Below are positions 10,730-18,875 of a DNA stretch of 41,463 nucleotides, one piece after another (within the stretch, counting starts at the first letter, position 1; each line of letters begins with the position of its first letter). Origin of the DNA: a virus (Duplodnaviria; Caudoviricetes); IMG/VR virus record IMGVR_UViG_3300034349_000001, positions 1 to 41,463 of that record, one strand, 5' to 3'. The notes beneath the pieces are model-generated. The model worked only from the letters and a program-made list of their open reading frames with translations. It ran no database searches and was not told where the DNA came from. The translations under genes were made by a program, and so were the position numbers.

Positions 10730-11170
10730 AAGGCCGACTGATTGAAGCCAGTCAGAGACCTTGAAGGAAGGGCACGCTTTGCCAGCGAACAGGTCATGGT
10801 GACCCACGATCTTGGCAGTCGGGTAGGTGCGCTTCTGGGCGAGCAGTAACAGCTTGAGCGAGTTGAACTGCTCAGGCGTGAAGTTGTTCTCAGGGTTGCC
10901 CTTTGCGTCGATCCCACCAGCCATGCAGATGCCCAGCGAGCGAGAGTTGTAGCCCTCGACGTGTGCCCCTACTACGGAATGTGGTCGGCCATCCTCAACG
11001 GTGCCGTTGCGACGGATCACAAAGTGGTAACCAACATCCAGCCAGCCGTTCTGGTGAACATGCCATTGGCGGATCTCACGGACACCGATGTCCATGGTCG
11101 CCTTGGTGGCAGCGCAGTGGACCACGATGAAGTCTGTAGCGGGACGGGTCTTGAAGACGACCTTCGGCAT
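10727..11170 (-). CDS. gp3.5: N-acetylmuramoyl-L-alanine amidase (T7 lysozyme)
   Basis: VVHCAAT, GWLDVGYHF and GHHDL...KACPSF Zn-amidase motifs. Confidence 0.97.
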   Translation of the reverse strand: MPKVVFKTRPATDFIVVHCAATKATMDIGVREIRQWHVHQNGWLDVGYHFVIRRNGTVEDGRPHSVVGAHVEGYNSRSLGICMAGGIDAKGNPENNFTPEQFNSLKLLLLAQKRTYPTAKIVGHHDLFAGKACPSFKVSDWLQSVGL

Positions 11171-11614
11171 TTACTTTCCTCCTTTGGGAATGAGAATCCC
11201 CTCAGGGATCTCTTTGCGTTTCTCCTTCAGCCAAGCTAATGGAATGAGTTTGTCGGCGAACATGATCCCGTGCTTCGTGCAGAAGTCACCGTAGCTCGTT
11301 GGGGAGCCCTTATAGATCTTGCTCTTGGACGATGAGAAGACGAGACGGATGTCGATGTCTGGGTACTGCTCGCGGATCAGCAAGTGCTTCTTGCGGTCCT
11401 CGACTTCCCAGATACCTTTGGTCTCGACGATGATCCCGTTCTTCAGAACGAAGTCCGGGGTGTACTTGGCCTCACGGGCCGGAACGACATACTTGATGTA
11501 GAACAGCTCGAAGTCGAAAGGGACTCCAAGCTTGTCCATATGAGCAGCGTTGCGATCCTCAAGGCCGGAACGGAAGGCCCCTACTCGGGCACCTTTGGGA
11601 CCGGCATAGGCCAC
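11171..11614 (-). CDS. gp3: Endonuclease I (Holliday junction resolvase)
   Basis: FRSGLED, YTPDF and ETKG motifs. Confidence 0.97.
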   Translation of the reverse strand: MAYAGPKGARVGAFRSGLEDRNAAHMDKLGVPFDFELFYIKYVVPAREAKYTPDFVLKNGIIVETKGIWEVEDRKKHLLIREQYPDIDIRLVFSSSKSKIYKGSPTSYGDFCTKHGIMFADKLIPLAWLKEKRKEIPEGILIPKGGK

Positions 11615-11616
11615 GA

Positions 11617-12327
11617 TCAGAAGTCCGAAGCAGCGTCAGGGATCGACTCGCCTGCATGGCCTTGGTCTTCATCCTGCTCGCCCTGCCAACCTTGTTCACG
11701 GTCGTCAGCGGCTTCGTAGCCAGCTTCTTCTTCACCAGCCCAGTCATCGGAACCAGCAGCGAACTCACGCAGAGTAATCAGCATCACCGAGTCCAGTTGC
11801 AGCTTGACCGAGGCACCAACAACGGCACCGTAGGTGTACGGGAACAGCGAGTAGCGAACCTTCAGCTCGGAACCGCCAGAGATGGCAGGAACGGCATTGA
11901 TGCGCTTGCCTTTGGCATCGACCACTTTCAGCAGGATCTCTTTCGATTCCTTGGTCACCTTGTCTTGGTACGAGGCATAGCCAGCGAACTTGAAGGTCAC
12001 GGTGCCATCGTCGTTCTCGAAGTAGGGCATCAGGCCCTCATAAGGAACCAGCAGGACCTTGCCGCGTTGCAGCTTGGCCTTGGCAGCAGCTTCACCACCG
12101 TTCGCCCAGTCCTCTTGGATCTGCGCCCAGTTGGCCTCATGGATCTTGATGATCCGGGCAATGTGAGGAGCAGCTTCAGCACGAGGAACGGTCAGGTTGA
12201 CCTTGTAGACACCACGAGGATTGCCGAAGCCTTTCTCTGGGTTGCCGTAGTCGGGCTTCTGGATCGAGCAGTACGGTTCAGCGGTGCCCTTCGGGGTGAA
12301 GAAGAACTCTTTTTTCAGTGCAGCCAT
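11617..12327 (-). CDS. gp2.5: Single-stranded DNA-binding protein
   Basis: PDYGN..FGNPRGVYKV; acidic tail ending in Phe. Confidence 0.96.
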   Translation of the reverse strand: MAALKKEFFFTPKGTAEPYCSIQKPDYGNPEKGFGNPRGVYKVNLTVPRAEAAPHIARIIKIHEANWAQIQEDWANGGEAAAKAKLQRGKVLLVPYEGLMPYFENDDGTVTFKFAGYASYQDKVTKESKEILLKVVDAKGKRINAVPAISGGSELKVRYSLFPYTYGAVVGASVKLQLDSVMLITLREFAAGSDDWAGEEEAGYEAADDREQGWQGEQDEDQGHAGESIPDAASDF

Positions 12328-12362
12328 GGGAAAATCTCCTATGCAAATGGGAAGTCAATGTG

Positions 12363-12385
12363 TGTAGCCACAGTGAGGGTTTTTA
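12363..12385 (-). promoter_or_regulatory. Phage RNAP middle promoter (phi2.5-like)
   Basis: TAAAAACCCTCACTGTGGCTACA. Confidence 0.9.
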
Positions 12386-12733
12386 ATAAGTGAGGCTTTC
12401 GCGCTCGGCGATCAGTGAGGTCTTGAAGTTCTCAATGACCGGGATGTAGGTCAGTTTGGTCATCGCATGGACGACCTCACGGAAGTGCAGCTTCAGGAAC
12501 TCTTTCTCGAAGCGCCACACGCCATGCTTGAAGTGGTGACACTCGGCCCCCAGCAGGTTGCCAATGGTGATCGCACGCTCAATGAGCAGCCCTTCGACCA
12601 GCGACTTCTGGTGGTTGTCCATGATGTGGATGTAGACCACACCGGCCATGCCAGCATGTTTGGTCACGGTGAAGTTCTGGATATGCAGGAAGCCATCCGG
12701 TGCAGAGCGAGTGTTGCCTTGAGCCAGGTTCAT
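12383..12733 (-). CDS. Hypothetical protein (116 aa)
   Basis: ATGA-coupled to gp2; fills the gap. Confidence 0.8.
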   Translation of the reverse strand: MNLAQGNTRSAPDGFLHIQNFTVTKHAGMAGVVYIHIMDNHQKSLVEGLLIERAITIGNLLGAECHHFKHGVWRFEKEFLKLHFREVVHAMTKLTYIPVIENFKTSLIAERESLTY

Positions 12734-12900
12734 TGAGTGACCTCAGGACGGACGCGACGAACACTGTCTTCGCCATACTCAAGGTCAGCAGCTTCCAGAG
12801 CTTCTTCAATGGTGCGTGCCCAGACTGGGACTTCTTGAGCGCAGTCACGGGACTCGATGGACACGAGGAACTTGAGCATCTTTTGGGATTCTTTAGGCAT
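12730..12900 (-). CDS. gp2: Host RNA polymerase inhibitor gp2 (56 aa, not in ORF track)
   Basis: MPKESQKMLKFLVSIESRDCAQEVPVWARTIEEALEAADLEYGEDSVRRVRPEVTQ; EVP..A.T..EALE.A...Y and RVRP are gp2 signatures. Confidence 0.93.
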   Translation of the reverse strand: MPKESQKMLKFLVSIESRDCAQEVPVWARTIEEALEAADLEYGEDSVRRVRPEVTQ

Positions 12901-13549
12901 GAGTAATGACTCCTTGTTGGCGTAGTTGGTCGATCATCTGAGAGGCATGGCCCCACTGGTTCACCACATGGGCGTCCATCTGGAAGTCACGCAGTTCGAT
13001 GTCGGTGGCGTGCAGCGGTACATCGTCCACAGCAGGGATCGCCCAGTCTCGGGAGAGACGGACAAGGTGTGCTTGGCGGATGGACAGGGCAGCGTATTCG
13101 TTGGCTTGACGCATGTCGGTGACGACCACGAGGGCATCCTTAGGCGCCTTCTTGATCTCCTTGAGACCCTCCAGCAGCCACACGTCAGGGTTCGCCTTAT
13201 AGTTGCGGCGGAAGCCCGTACCGTATTGCTGAAGGTGCCAGCGAGGCGTCCTTGGGATCTCGATGTCGAGGATCTGAGGTTCGCTCAGCAGCCAGTCCTT
13301 GTACTCGGACTCAGGGATGGCCTCGATGGCCAGCTCCTCGAACTGAGCGTCCTTGAGGTCGGTGTGGCAGTGGCTCTCCATGACGATCCGCTCGCACTCG
13401 TCGAGGGCCAACATGCGGGAGCATTGCTTCTTGAGGACATCCCCAAAGGCCACTCGATGGACCTTGTAGCCTTCCAACACGAGCAGGTCACACAAGGTGT
13501 CCTTGCCGCTGCGACCACGCTCTGAGGTCAGGGCGATTAAATCAGTCAT
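12893..13549 (-). CDS. Deoxynucleoside monophosphate kinase
   Basis: RSGKDT P-loop, AFGDVLK, TPRWHLQQYGT and VVTDMRQANE (T4 gp1/T5 dNK family). Confidence 0.88.
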   Translation of the reverse strand: MTDLIALTSERGRSGKDTLCDLLVLEGYKVHRVAFGDVLKKQCSRMLALDECERIVMESHCHTDLKDAQFEELAIEAIPESEYKDWLLSEPQILDIEIPRTPRWHLQQYGTGFRRNYKANPDVWLLEGLKEIKKAPKDALVVVTDMRQANEYAALSIRQAHLVRLSRDWAIPAVDDVPLHATDIELRDFQMDAHVVNQWGHASQMIDQLRQQGVITHA

Positions 13550-13727
13550 TCACGATCTCCTTGATCTTGGTCCAGAGACCCTTGAAGAAGGTCTTGGTGC
13601 GCGTCCAGAAGTCGGAACGAGGCGCTGGTGGTTGGGATGCAACTGGGCGTGCCATGAAGTAGGCAGCGTTGCGTTGGCGGTCGATGTTGCTTTGGTGAAT
13701 CCGATGAGCGAAGGAACGGTCTTTCAT
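13542..13727 (-). CDS. Hypothetical protein (gp1.6 position)
   Basis: AAGGAG RBS directly after a phage promoter; amphipathic C-terminus. Confidence 0.75.
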   Translation of the reverse strand: MKDRSFAHRIHQSNIDRQRNAAYFMARPVASQPPAPRSDFWTRTKTFFKGLWTKIKEIVND

Positions 13728-13753
13728 TCGGTACTCCTTGGTGGTGGATGGTG

Positions 13754-13776
13754 TGTAGCCACAGTGAGGGTTTTTA
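13754..13776 (-). promoter_or_regulatory. Phage RNAP middle promoter (phi1.5/1.6-like)
   Basis: TAAAAACCCTCACTGTGGCTACA. Confidence 0.9.
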
Positions 13777-13778
13777 AA

Positions 13779-13865
13779 TCAGGGTCTGGTGGCCCCGATG
13801 TAGGCAGCTATAAACAGAAGGACCGAGATGGTCGCGTAGATTGCTATCAGGCCAGTGATGTCCAT
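13779..13865 (-). CDS. 28-aa hydrophobic peptide (not in ORF track)
   Basis: TAGGAGA RBS; MDITGLIAIYATISVLLFIAAYIGATRP. Confidence 0.7.
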   Translation of the reverse strand: MDITGLIAIYATISVLLFIAAYIGATRP

Positions 13866-13890
13866 AGATTTCTCCTATAGTTGCAGGCAT

Positions 13891-13922
13891 AAAAAAACCC
13901 CACCGACCGAAGTCGATGAGGC
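13891..13922 (-). terminator. Early terminator (TE-like)
   Basis: GCCTCATCGAC-TTCG-GTCGGTGGGGT-TTTTTT directly after the ligase gene. Confidence 0.9.
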
Positions 13923-13930
13923 TCTTTGAG

Positions 13931-14965
13931 TTATTCCTTGATGGTTGGGTCGCTGATCCCTCGGAAGGAATCGAAGCTTGGGTGGCGCATCGACCCGTCA
14001 GGGTAGCGCTCCATGAAGGTCACCTTGCAGGTGTGCCCATGGTATGGGTTGTAGCGCACCGAGTGGGCCGAGTCCTGAGCGTACTTCCAGTCAGCAGAGA
14101 CCCGGCAGGACGCACCGACCTTCGCTGTGAACTCGTCCATCAGCGCTCGGCTGATCTTACAGGCGTTGACCACATGGCCGGACTCAAGGAGGACCTCGAA
14201 GCCGATCACCTTGCCCTCGTTGGCCTTGCCCGGTGTGCCCCAAACGAGGCCCTGAATGATGCCATCCTCGTTGTCATCGGGAACCATTTTCCACCAGCCT
14301 GTCACCTTGGAGCGGCGATAGTTGGCGAGTGGGTCCTTCAGCACCAGACCCTCTTCCTTGTCGGCTCGAACTCGCTCGAAGTGAGCGTCCAGCTCGGCCA
14401 TGTTGAACACGTCGAACGAATCGCAGACTTCCCAGTTGATCTCGGGGAAGCGAGCTTGGAGCTGGGCCACTTGGTACTGGGTGTGGTACTGCATGGCAGC
14501 GTTCGTCACATCATATTCCTGGCCGGACATGACCACATCCAGCGGGATCACCGCAAAGACATGGATGTTCAGGCGGCTCACGGGTAGCGGGCCATCCTTG
14601 AAGCGGCGCAGGGTGCCCGAGGTGTCCTTGCAAGGCAGCTCGTCGATGATGAGTTCAGCGTCCAGCATGAAGCCAGTCGCAGGGAACAGAGCCTCATCAC
14701 CGCACGGGTTGAAGAAGCGGTCCCAGCGCACGTCACCTTCCAGTGGCTGACCATGCTTCTCGAAGACCGGGAAGTCCTTTCCCTCACGGCTCAGCCAGCG
14801 GGCCGAGTTGGTGCCACGAGGACCCACCACGAGGTTGAGTCGAACGCCATCCTTCTTGGTGTCAGCGATGATGTAGGACTCAGCCAGAACCTTCTCCACG
14901 GCGCTCGCCGAGAAGTCAGTTGGACGGTGTGGATTGGTTGCGAGGATCACTTCTTGAACAGCCAT
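13931..14965 (-). CDS. gp1.3: ATP-dependent DNA ligase
   Basis: KKDGVR motif I, EGLVLK, GWWKM and MRHPSF. Confidence 0.96.
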   Translation of the reverse strand: MAVQEVILATNPHRPTDFSASAVEKVLAESYIIADTKKDGVRLNLVVGPRGTNSARWLSREGKDFPVFEKHGQPLEGDVRWDRFFNPCGDEALFPATGFMLDAELIIDELPCKDTSGTLRRFKDGPLPVSRLNIHVFAVIPLDVVMSGQEYDVTNAAMQYHTQYQVAQLQARFPEINWEVCDSFDVFNMAELDAHFERVRADKEEGLVLKDPLANYRRSKVTGWWKMVPDDNEDGIIQGLVWGTPGKANEGKVIGFEVLLESGHVVNACKISRALMDEFTAKVGASCRVSADWKYAQDSAHSVRYNPYHGHTCKVTFMERYPDGSMRHPSFDSFRGISDPTIKE

Positions 14966-14978
14966 CAGGTACTACTCC

Positions 14979-15347
14979 TTAAACGGTGGTTTTAGTTTTA
15001 CGAGGGGCGCGAGTCTTCTTCGCAGGGGTGGCCACAGCGGCCTCAATGAGGCTCTCACGGAGACCTTCAGTCACAGCATCCTGTACCTCGAAGACCTTCG
15101 GCTCGGCACCCTTTGCGAGGCGCTCGAAGTGTTGCTGAATGGTCTTCTCGGTGACGTTCTGAGCGGAGACTCGAAGGGCCTCCACGCGCTCCTCAAGGGT
15201 GCCCGACATGAAGCGGTTGTCCATCAGCATCTGGGCGTCATACGCCTCTTGGCTAACGGTGCGCTGGTCACCGATCACGACCTCCGTCTGGATCAGGTAG
15301 GTGTACTTGGCGATCTTGGAGCTGGTGGACTTGATTACGACTTGCAT
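14979..15347 (-). CDS. Hypothetical protein (122 aa, basic C-terminal tail)
   Basis: ATG after CAGGAGA; lies between gp1.1 and ligase. Confidence 0.78.
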   Translation of the reverse strand: MQVVIKSTSSKIAKYTYLIQTEVVIGDQRTVSQEAYDAQMLMDNRFMSGTLEERVEALRVSAQNVTEKTIQQHFERLAKGAEPKVFEVQDAVTEGLRESLIEAAVATPAKKTRAPRKTKTTV

Positions 15348-15369
15348 TCGATTGGTCTCCTGAAGGGAA

Positions 15370-15528
15370 TTAGTAGGCTTGGTTGCCAGTGCAGATAGGA
15401 ACCCACTCTTGACGAGTGCCACGGACAGGCTTGTTCAGCTTGCCTTTCTTGGTGCGGATGGCGTCCATCTCGGAGTCATCACGCAGGGCTTTCTTGACGG
15501 TCTTAACGAAGTTGGTGGAAGCGTTCAT
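15370..15528 (-). CDS. gp1.1: gp1.1-like small basic protein
   Basis: MNASTNFVKTVKK...KKGKLNKPVRG after TAAGGA, immediately after RNAP. Confidence 0.75.
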   Translation of the reverse strand: MNASTNFVKTVKKALRDDSEMDAIRTKKGKLNKPVRGTRQEWVPICTGNQAY

Positions 15529-15541
15529 TCGGGTAGATTCC

Positions 15542-18196
15542 TTATGCAAAAGCAAATTCAGATTTGAGGATTTCACGGATGTCCAGAGTTCCTTTCTCAG
15601 GAAGCTCAGGCATCTTGTCGAGTTGGGTTTCGTGCAACTGCTCCATGAACTGGTCACGGAAGTCAGCGAGTACATCGTTGTTCTCATACGTCTCAACCAT
15701 CGTTTCCCGTACAGCGCGGAACATCGCACCGGCTTTCGCAGGGATGGTCCCGAAGGAGTCATGGATGAGGCAGAAGAAGTCGATCCCGTAGTTCTCAGCA
15801 GCATGGACCACCGTCTTGCGGAGGTGACTGCCATCTTGGGAGTGAACAAAGTTTGGCGAGATGCCCGACTCTTGTTTGCGGGCGTCGATCTTGTCGCTAT
15901 CTCGCACAGTCACGGTGGACTGCAAGCGGATGTCCCCGAGGAACATCAGGTCGATACGGCGGGTCTCTGGGACCATGTATTCCTGCCACACCGGGAAGCC
16001 ATCAGGCGTACACCAGTAGACAGGCATTGCAGGCTTCAGCAGGTCTTTCGTCTTCTTGCACTTGACCTCAGAGGACAGCAGCTTCGCAGCCTTCTGGAGC
16101 CAGTTCATTGCTTCTACAGCAGCGACCACTACAACACTCACTGAGTCCCAGATGAGGCCAGCCATGAAGCGGCTCGCTTGACCCGGATCGGTGAACATGT
16201 GGCCTTCATCGTTATCAATCGCTTTCTTCACGATGTCTTCACGAACCTGATCGGCGAACCCGTAGGCTTTCGATCCGTAGGCGAGGGTCATCACGGAGCG
16301 CTTAGTTACCTTTCGGGACATTCCGTAGGAGAGCCAAGCCATAGCGAGGGTTTTTGTTCCAAGGACCACTCGTTCCTTAATTTCTCCCGTCTTTTCATCG
16401 ACGAGGGTCTCAGTGGTGTTATCGGTTCCGGTGGCAGCGAGTACGAGTAGGGCAGCTTCAACTTCGTCAGAGACGAGCTTGTAGATGTCTTGAACGGTTT
16501 CGCTGGGAAGCAGATTGACCGCCCGACCCCCACGTTCATCGCGAAGCATTGCAGAGAAGTGCTGGATACCAGAACACGATCCATCGAAAGCGATTGGTAT
16601 AGCTGAAACATGGTTGGCGCCATCACGCTTAACTCCTTCCCACTCGAAGCAGAATGCTAAGAAACAGAACGGCGAGTCCAGGCTCATCCATTCGATATTG
16701 GTTAGTGGGTCTCGGGCAGTCGCAAGGATCATCCCTTCGTTGTCCAGAACCCACTGCTTGCGTTCCTCAAAGGTGACCTTATCGACCCCAGCGGTGTTCG
16801 CACCGTGAATCATCAGCCACTGAATCCCTTCCTCACCGACCGGCTCACCCTTAGCTGCCTGCAAGACACCTTTGGTCATGTCATTGGACTGAGGGTTGAA
16901 CGCAGGGATCGCATAGACCCGGCCACGCCAATCGAGGTTGTAAGGGAAGTAGATGGCCTCGAAGTCCTTGAACTTGTTGGCCTGCTCAAGGGAGAACTCA
17001 TAGGAGAGTCGCCGAGAGACCCTTGCGGCATCCTTGCGGTAGATCGCAGAGGCTGCCTTCTTCCACACCTTGAGAGCTTCCTCGTTGGTGTCGATGTCAA
17101 ATGGCTTGGTCGGCAGTTCCTCACGTTCCGTTGTCGGGAACTCTTTGATCGGGACGTTCTTCCATTCCATCACCGCGTTGGCCACATCGAGAACTCGACG
17201 GTTGATGGCCCATGCGGTGTTCTGAGCGAGGTTCACAGCCTTGTAGACCTCAGGCATGTGGACATCCTTGTAACGCTTCAAGGCCCGCTTAGAGGGGACC
17301 CGGATGAACGTCACAGGCTTGCGACCTTTGGCCCAGTAGCCACCACCTTGAGTCGAGACCCACGGCTTCGGCTGTACGACCATTGGCTGGTAGCGCGGGA
17401 AGATCCCCGAGAGGATGTAGGCCCGAGACTGGAGCTTCTCAGCCCATTCCGACTTGAGGTAGACGTACTCACCGTCAAGCTTCTTGTTGCCCTTGTGTTC
17501 ACGAACGACCTCAATCAACTGGGTCGATTCGATCAGCAGCTCCAACATGCGAATGCCCATGTGGTACTTCACATCGGCTTCCATGGCATCCCATTGCTGC
17601 CACTCGTGGGTCAGCTTGCCATCGTCAATCATTTGCTGCTCGATCCGCGCCATGTACTCCACCTTGTAGGTGTTGCCATTGCGTTGAGCGAGGGCCTTCT
17701 TGAGGTGGCGCTGGTAGTAGGCTTGCTCGGCTTGCCGAACTCGACCATAACGAGCTTCTTCTTCGAGGGCACCACCGATGCTCACAGCCATCTCAGTGAT
17801 GGTCGGAGCGCCGTTGCGTTGAGCGATGCGGTTGATCGTCCAGCGAATGGTCACCGAGGCGATAACGTCAGGGTTCATTTGCTGGAAGGCAGCCAGAGCT
17901 ACGTGCTTGCGCCGTACCTTCGTGGTCTGGTGTTCGATCCACTCGGCGATTGCCGTTGAGAGGAGCGGTACGAGGGTTCCGAGGAGTGGCTTGGCGACTG
18001 AGTTCATGGAGAACTCGCCACGGTCCTGAGACTTCTCAAGGGCCTTGAGGAACTTCTCCTCGCCCAGTGTGTAGGCTTCATGTTCCAAGTGCAGTTGCTC
18101 AGCGGCGAGTGCTTCACCGTAGATGGCTGCAAGGGAGTCGAAGGCGTGAGTTGCGGTGATGTCGCTAAAGTCGTGACGCGCAGATGCTTCAAACAT
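15542..18196 (-). CDS. gp1: Single-subunit T7-type RNA polymerase
   Basis: 884 aa; DWRGRVY, FDGSCSGIQH, RKVTKRSVMTLAYG, IHDSFGT and C-terminal FAFA. Confidence 0.99.
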   Translation of the reverse strand: MFEASARHDFSDITATHAFDSLAAIYGEALAAEQLHLEHEAYTLGEEKFLKALEKSQDRGEFSMNSVAKPLLGTLVPLLSTAIAEWIEHQTTKVRRKHVALAAFQQMNPDVIASVTIRWTINRIAQRNGAPTITEMAVSIGGALEEEARYGRVRQAEQAYYQRHLKKALAQRNGNTYKVEYMARIEQQMIDDGKLTHEWQQWDAMEADVKYHMGIRMLELLIESTQLIEVVREHKGNKKLDGEYVYLKSEWAEKLQSRAYILSGIFPRYQPMVVQPKPWVSTQGGGYWAKGRKPVTFIRVPSKRALKRYKDVHMPEVYKAVNLAQNTAWAINRRVLDVANAVMEWKNVPIKEFPTTEREELPTKPFDIDTNEEALKVWKKAASAIYRKDAARVSRRLSYEFSLEQANKFKDFEAIYFPYNLDWRGRVYAIPAFNPQSNDMTKGVLQAAKGEPVGEEGIQWLMIHGANTAGVDKVTFEERKQWVLDNEGMILATARDPLTNIEWMSLDSPFCFLAFCFEWEGVKRDGANHVSAIPIAFDGSCSGIQHFSAMLRDERGGRAVNLLPSETVQDIYKLVSDEVEAALLVLAATGTDNTTETLVDEKTGEIKERVVLGTKTLAMAWLSYGMSRKVTKRSVMTLAYGSKAYGFADQVREDIVKKAIDNDEGHMFTDPGQASRFMAGLIWDSVSVVVVAAVEAMNWLQKAAKLLSSEVKCKKTKDLLKPAMPVYWCTPDGFPVWQEYMVPETRRIDLMFLGDIRLQSTVTVRDSDKIDARKQESGISPNFVHSQDGSHLRKTVVHAAENYGIDFFCLIHDSFGTIPAKAGAMFRAVRETMVETYENNDVLADFRDQFMEQLHETQLDKMPELPEKGTLDIREILKSEFAFA

Positions 18197-18302
18197 TCTT
18201 AAAGATGCTCTATGAGATTGAGTTGTCTAATAGTTGTGGTCTATTAGTTATCTCAGAGAGGTCTTTAAGGTTTTATCTTTAAGTAGGAACCCCCTCTGAG
18301 TG

Positions 18303-18325
18303 TGTAGCCACAGTGAGGGTTTTTA
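18303..18325 (-). promoter_or_regulatory. Phage RNAP promoter upstream of the RNAP gene
   Basis: TAAAAACCCTCACTGTGGCTACA, identical to the middle promoters. Confidence 0.88.
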
Positions 18326-18334
18326 AATTGACGC

Positions 18335-18601
18335 TTACTTCGTTACGACAATCCTGCCCCGAACGTCGGACATCTTGTAGAGAAACTCTTTGATCTCGTA
18401 GTCATCGTTCCCGTGCCCAGTAGACCCCTGAGTGATCTTTAGGAAGGACTCGTTGAACTCGACCTCAAGGCAGTCCACATGACGACCACAAGGGCCATCA
18501 CCGTAGGTGAACTCGACCTCTTTGGCGTTTGGTTTGCCTGGGACAATGGCGAGGAAGCGCACCGTGTGGATTGGTGCATCCTTCTGGTCTCTGAATTTCA
18601 C
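18335..18601 (-). CDS. Hypothetical early protein (88 aa)
   Basis: GTG start after GGGGAGG; MKFRDQKDAPIHTVRF. Confidence 0.75.
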   Translation of the reverse strand: MKFRDQKDAPIHTVRFLAIVPGKPNAKEVEFTYGDGPCGRHVDCLEVEFNESFLKITQGSTGHGNDDYEIKEFLYKMSDVRGRIVVTK

Positions 18602-18602
18602 C

Positions 18603-18875
18603 TCAGAAGCCTCCCCGGTAGCAGCGAGTGAAGTCCCCGGTGTCGCTGTAGCGCAGCTTCGAGCGCTGGTGGTCAGCGATGGCGTCATTCAAGGTGCAGA
18701 TGCGGGCCAGTACAGCCTGCTCACCGAGCCCTGAGCCACCGTAGAGGGCGGTCATCACCGAACGCTTAGCATCGGGTGTCTTCATGGTCGCAGCGATTGC
18801 AGCGTGCTTAGCGGCAGTAATACGGGCATCTGTCAGACCCTTGCGGGCAGGTTGGAAATTGCTATGCAGACTCAC
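18603..18875 (-). CDS. Hypothetical early protein containing an RNAP motif-B-like segment
   Basis: 90 aa, coupled to the upstream gene; contains KRSVMTALYG. Confidence 0.78.
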   Translation of the reverse strand: MSLHSNFQPARKGLTDARITAAKHAAIAATMKTPDAKRSVMTALYGGSGLGEQAVLARICTLNDAIADHQRSKLRYSDTGDFTRCYRGGF

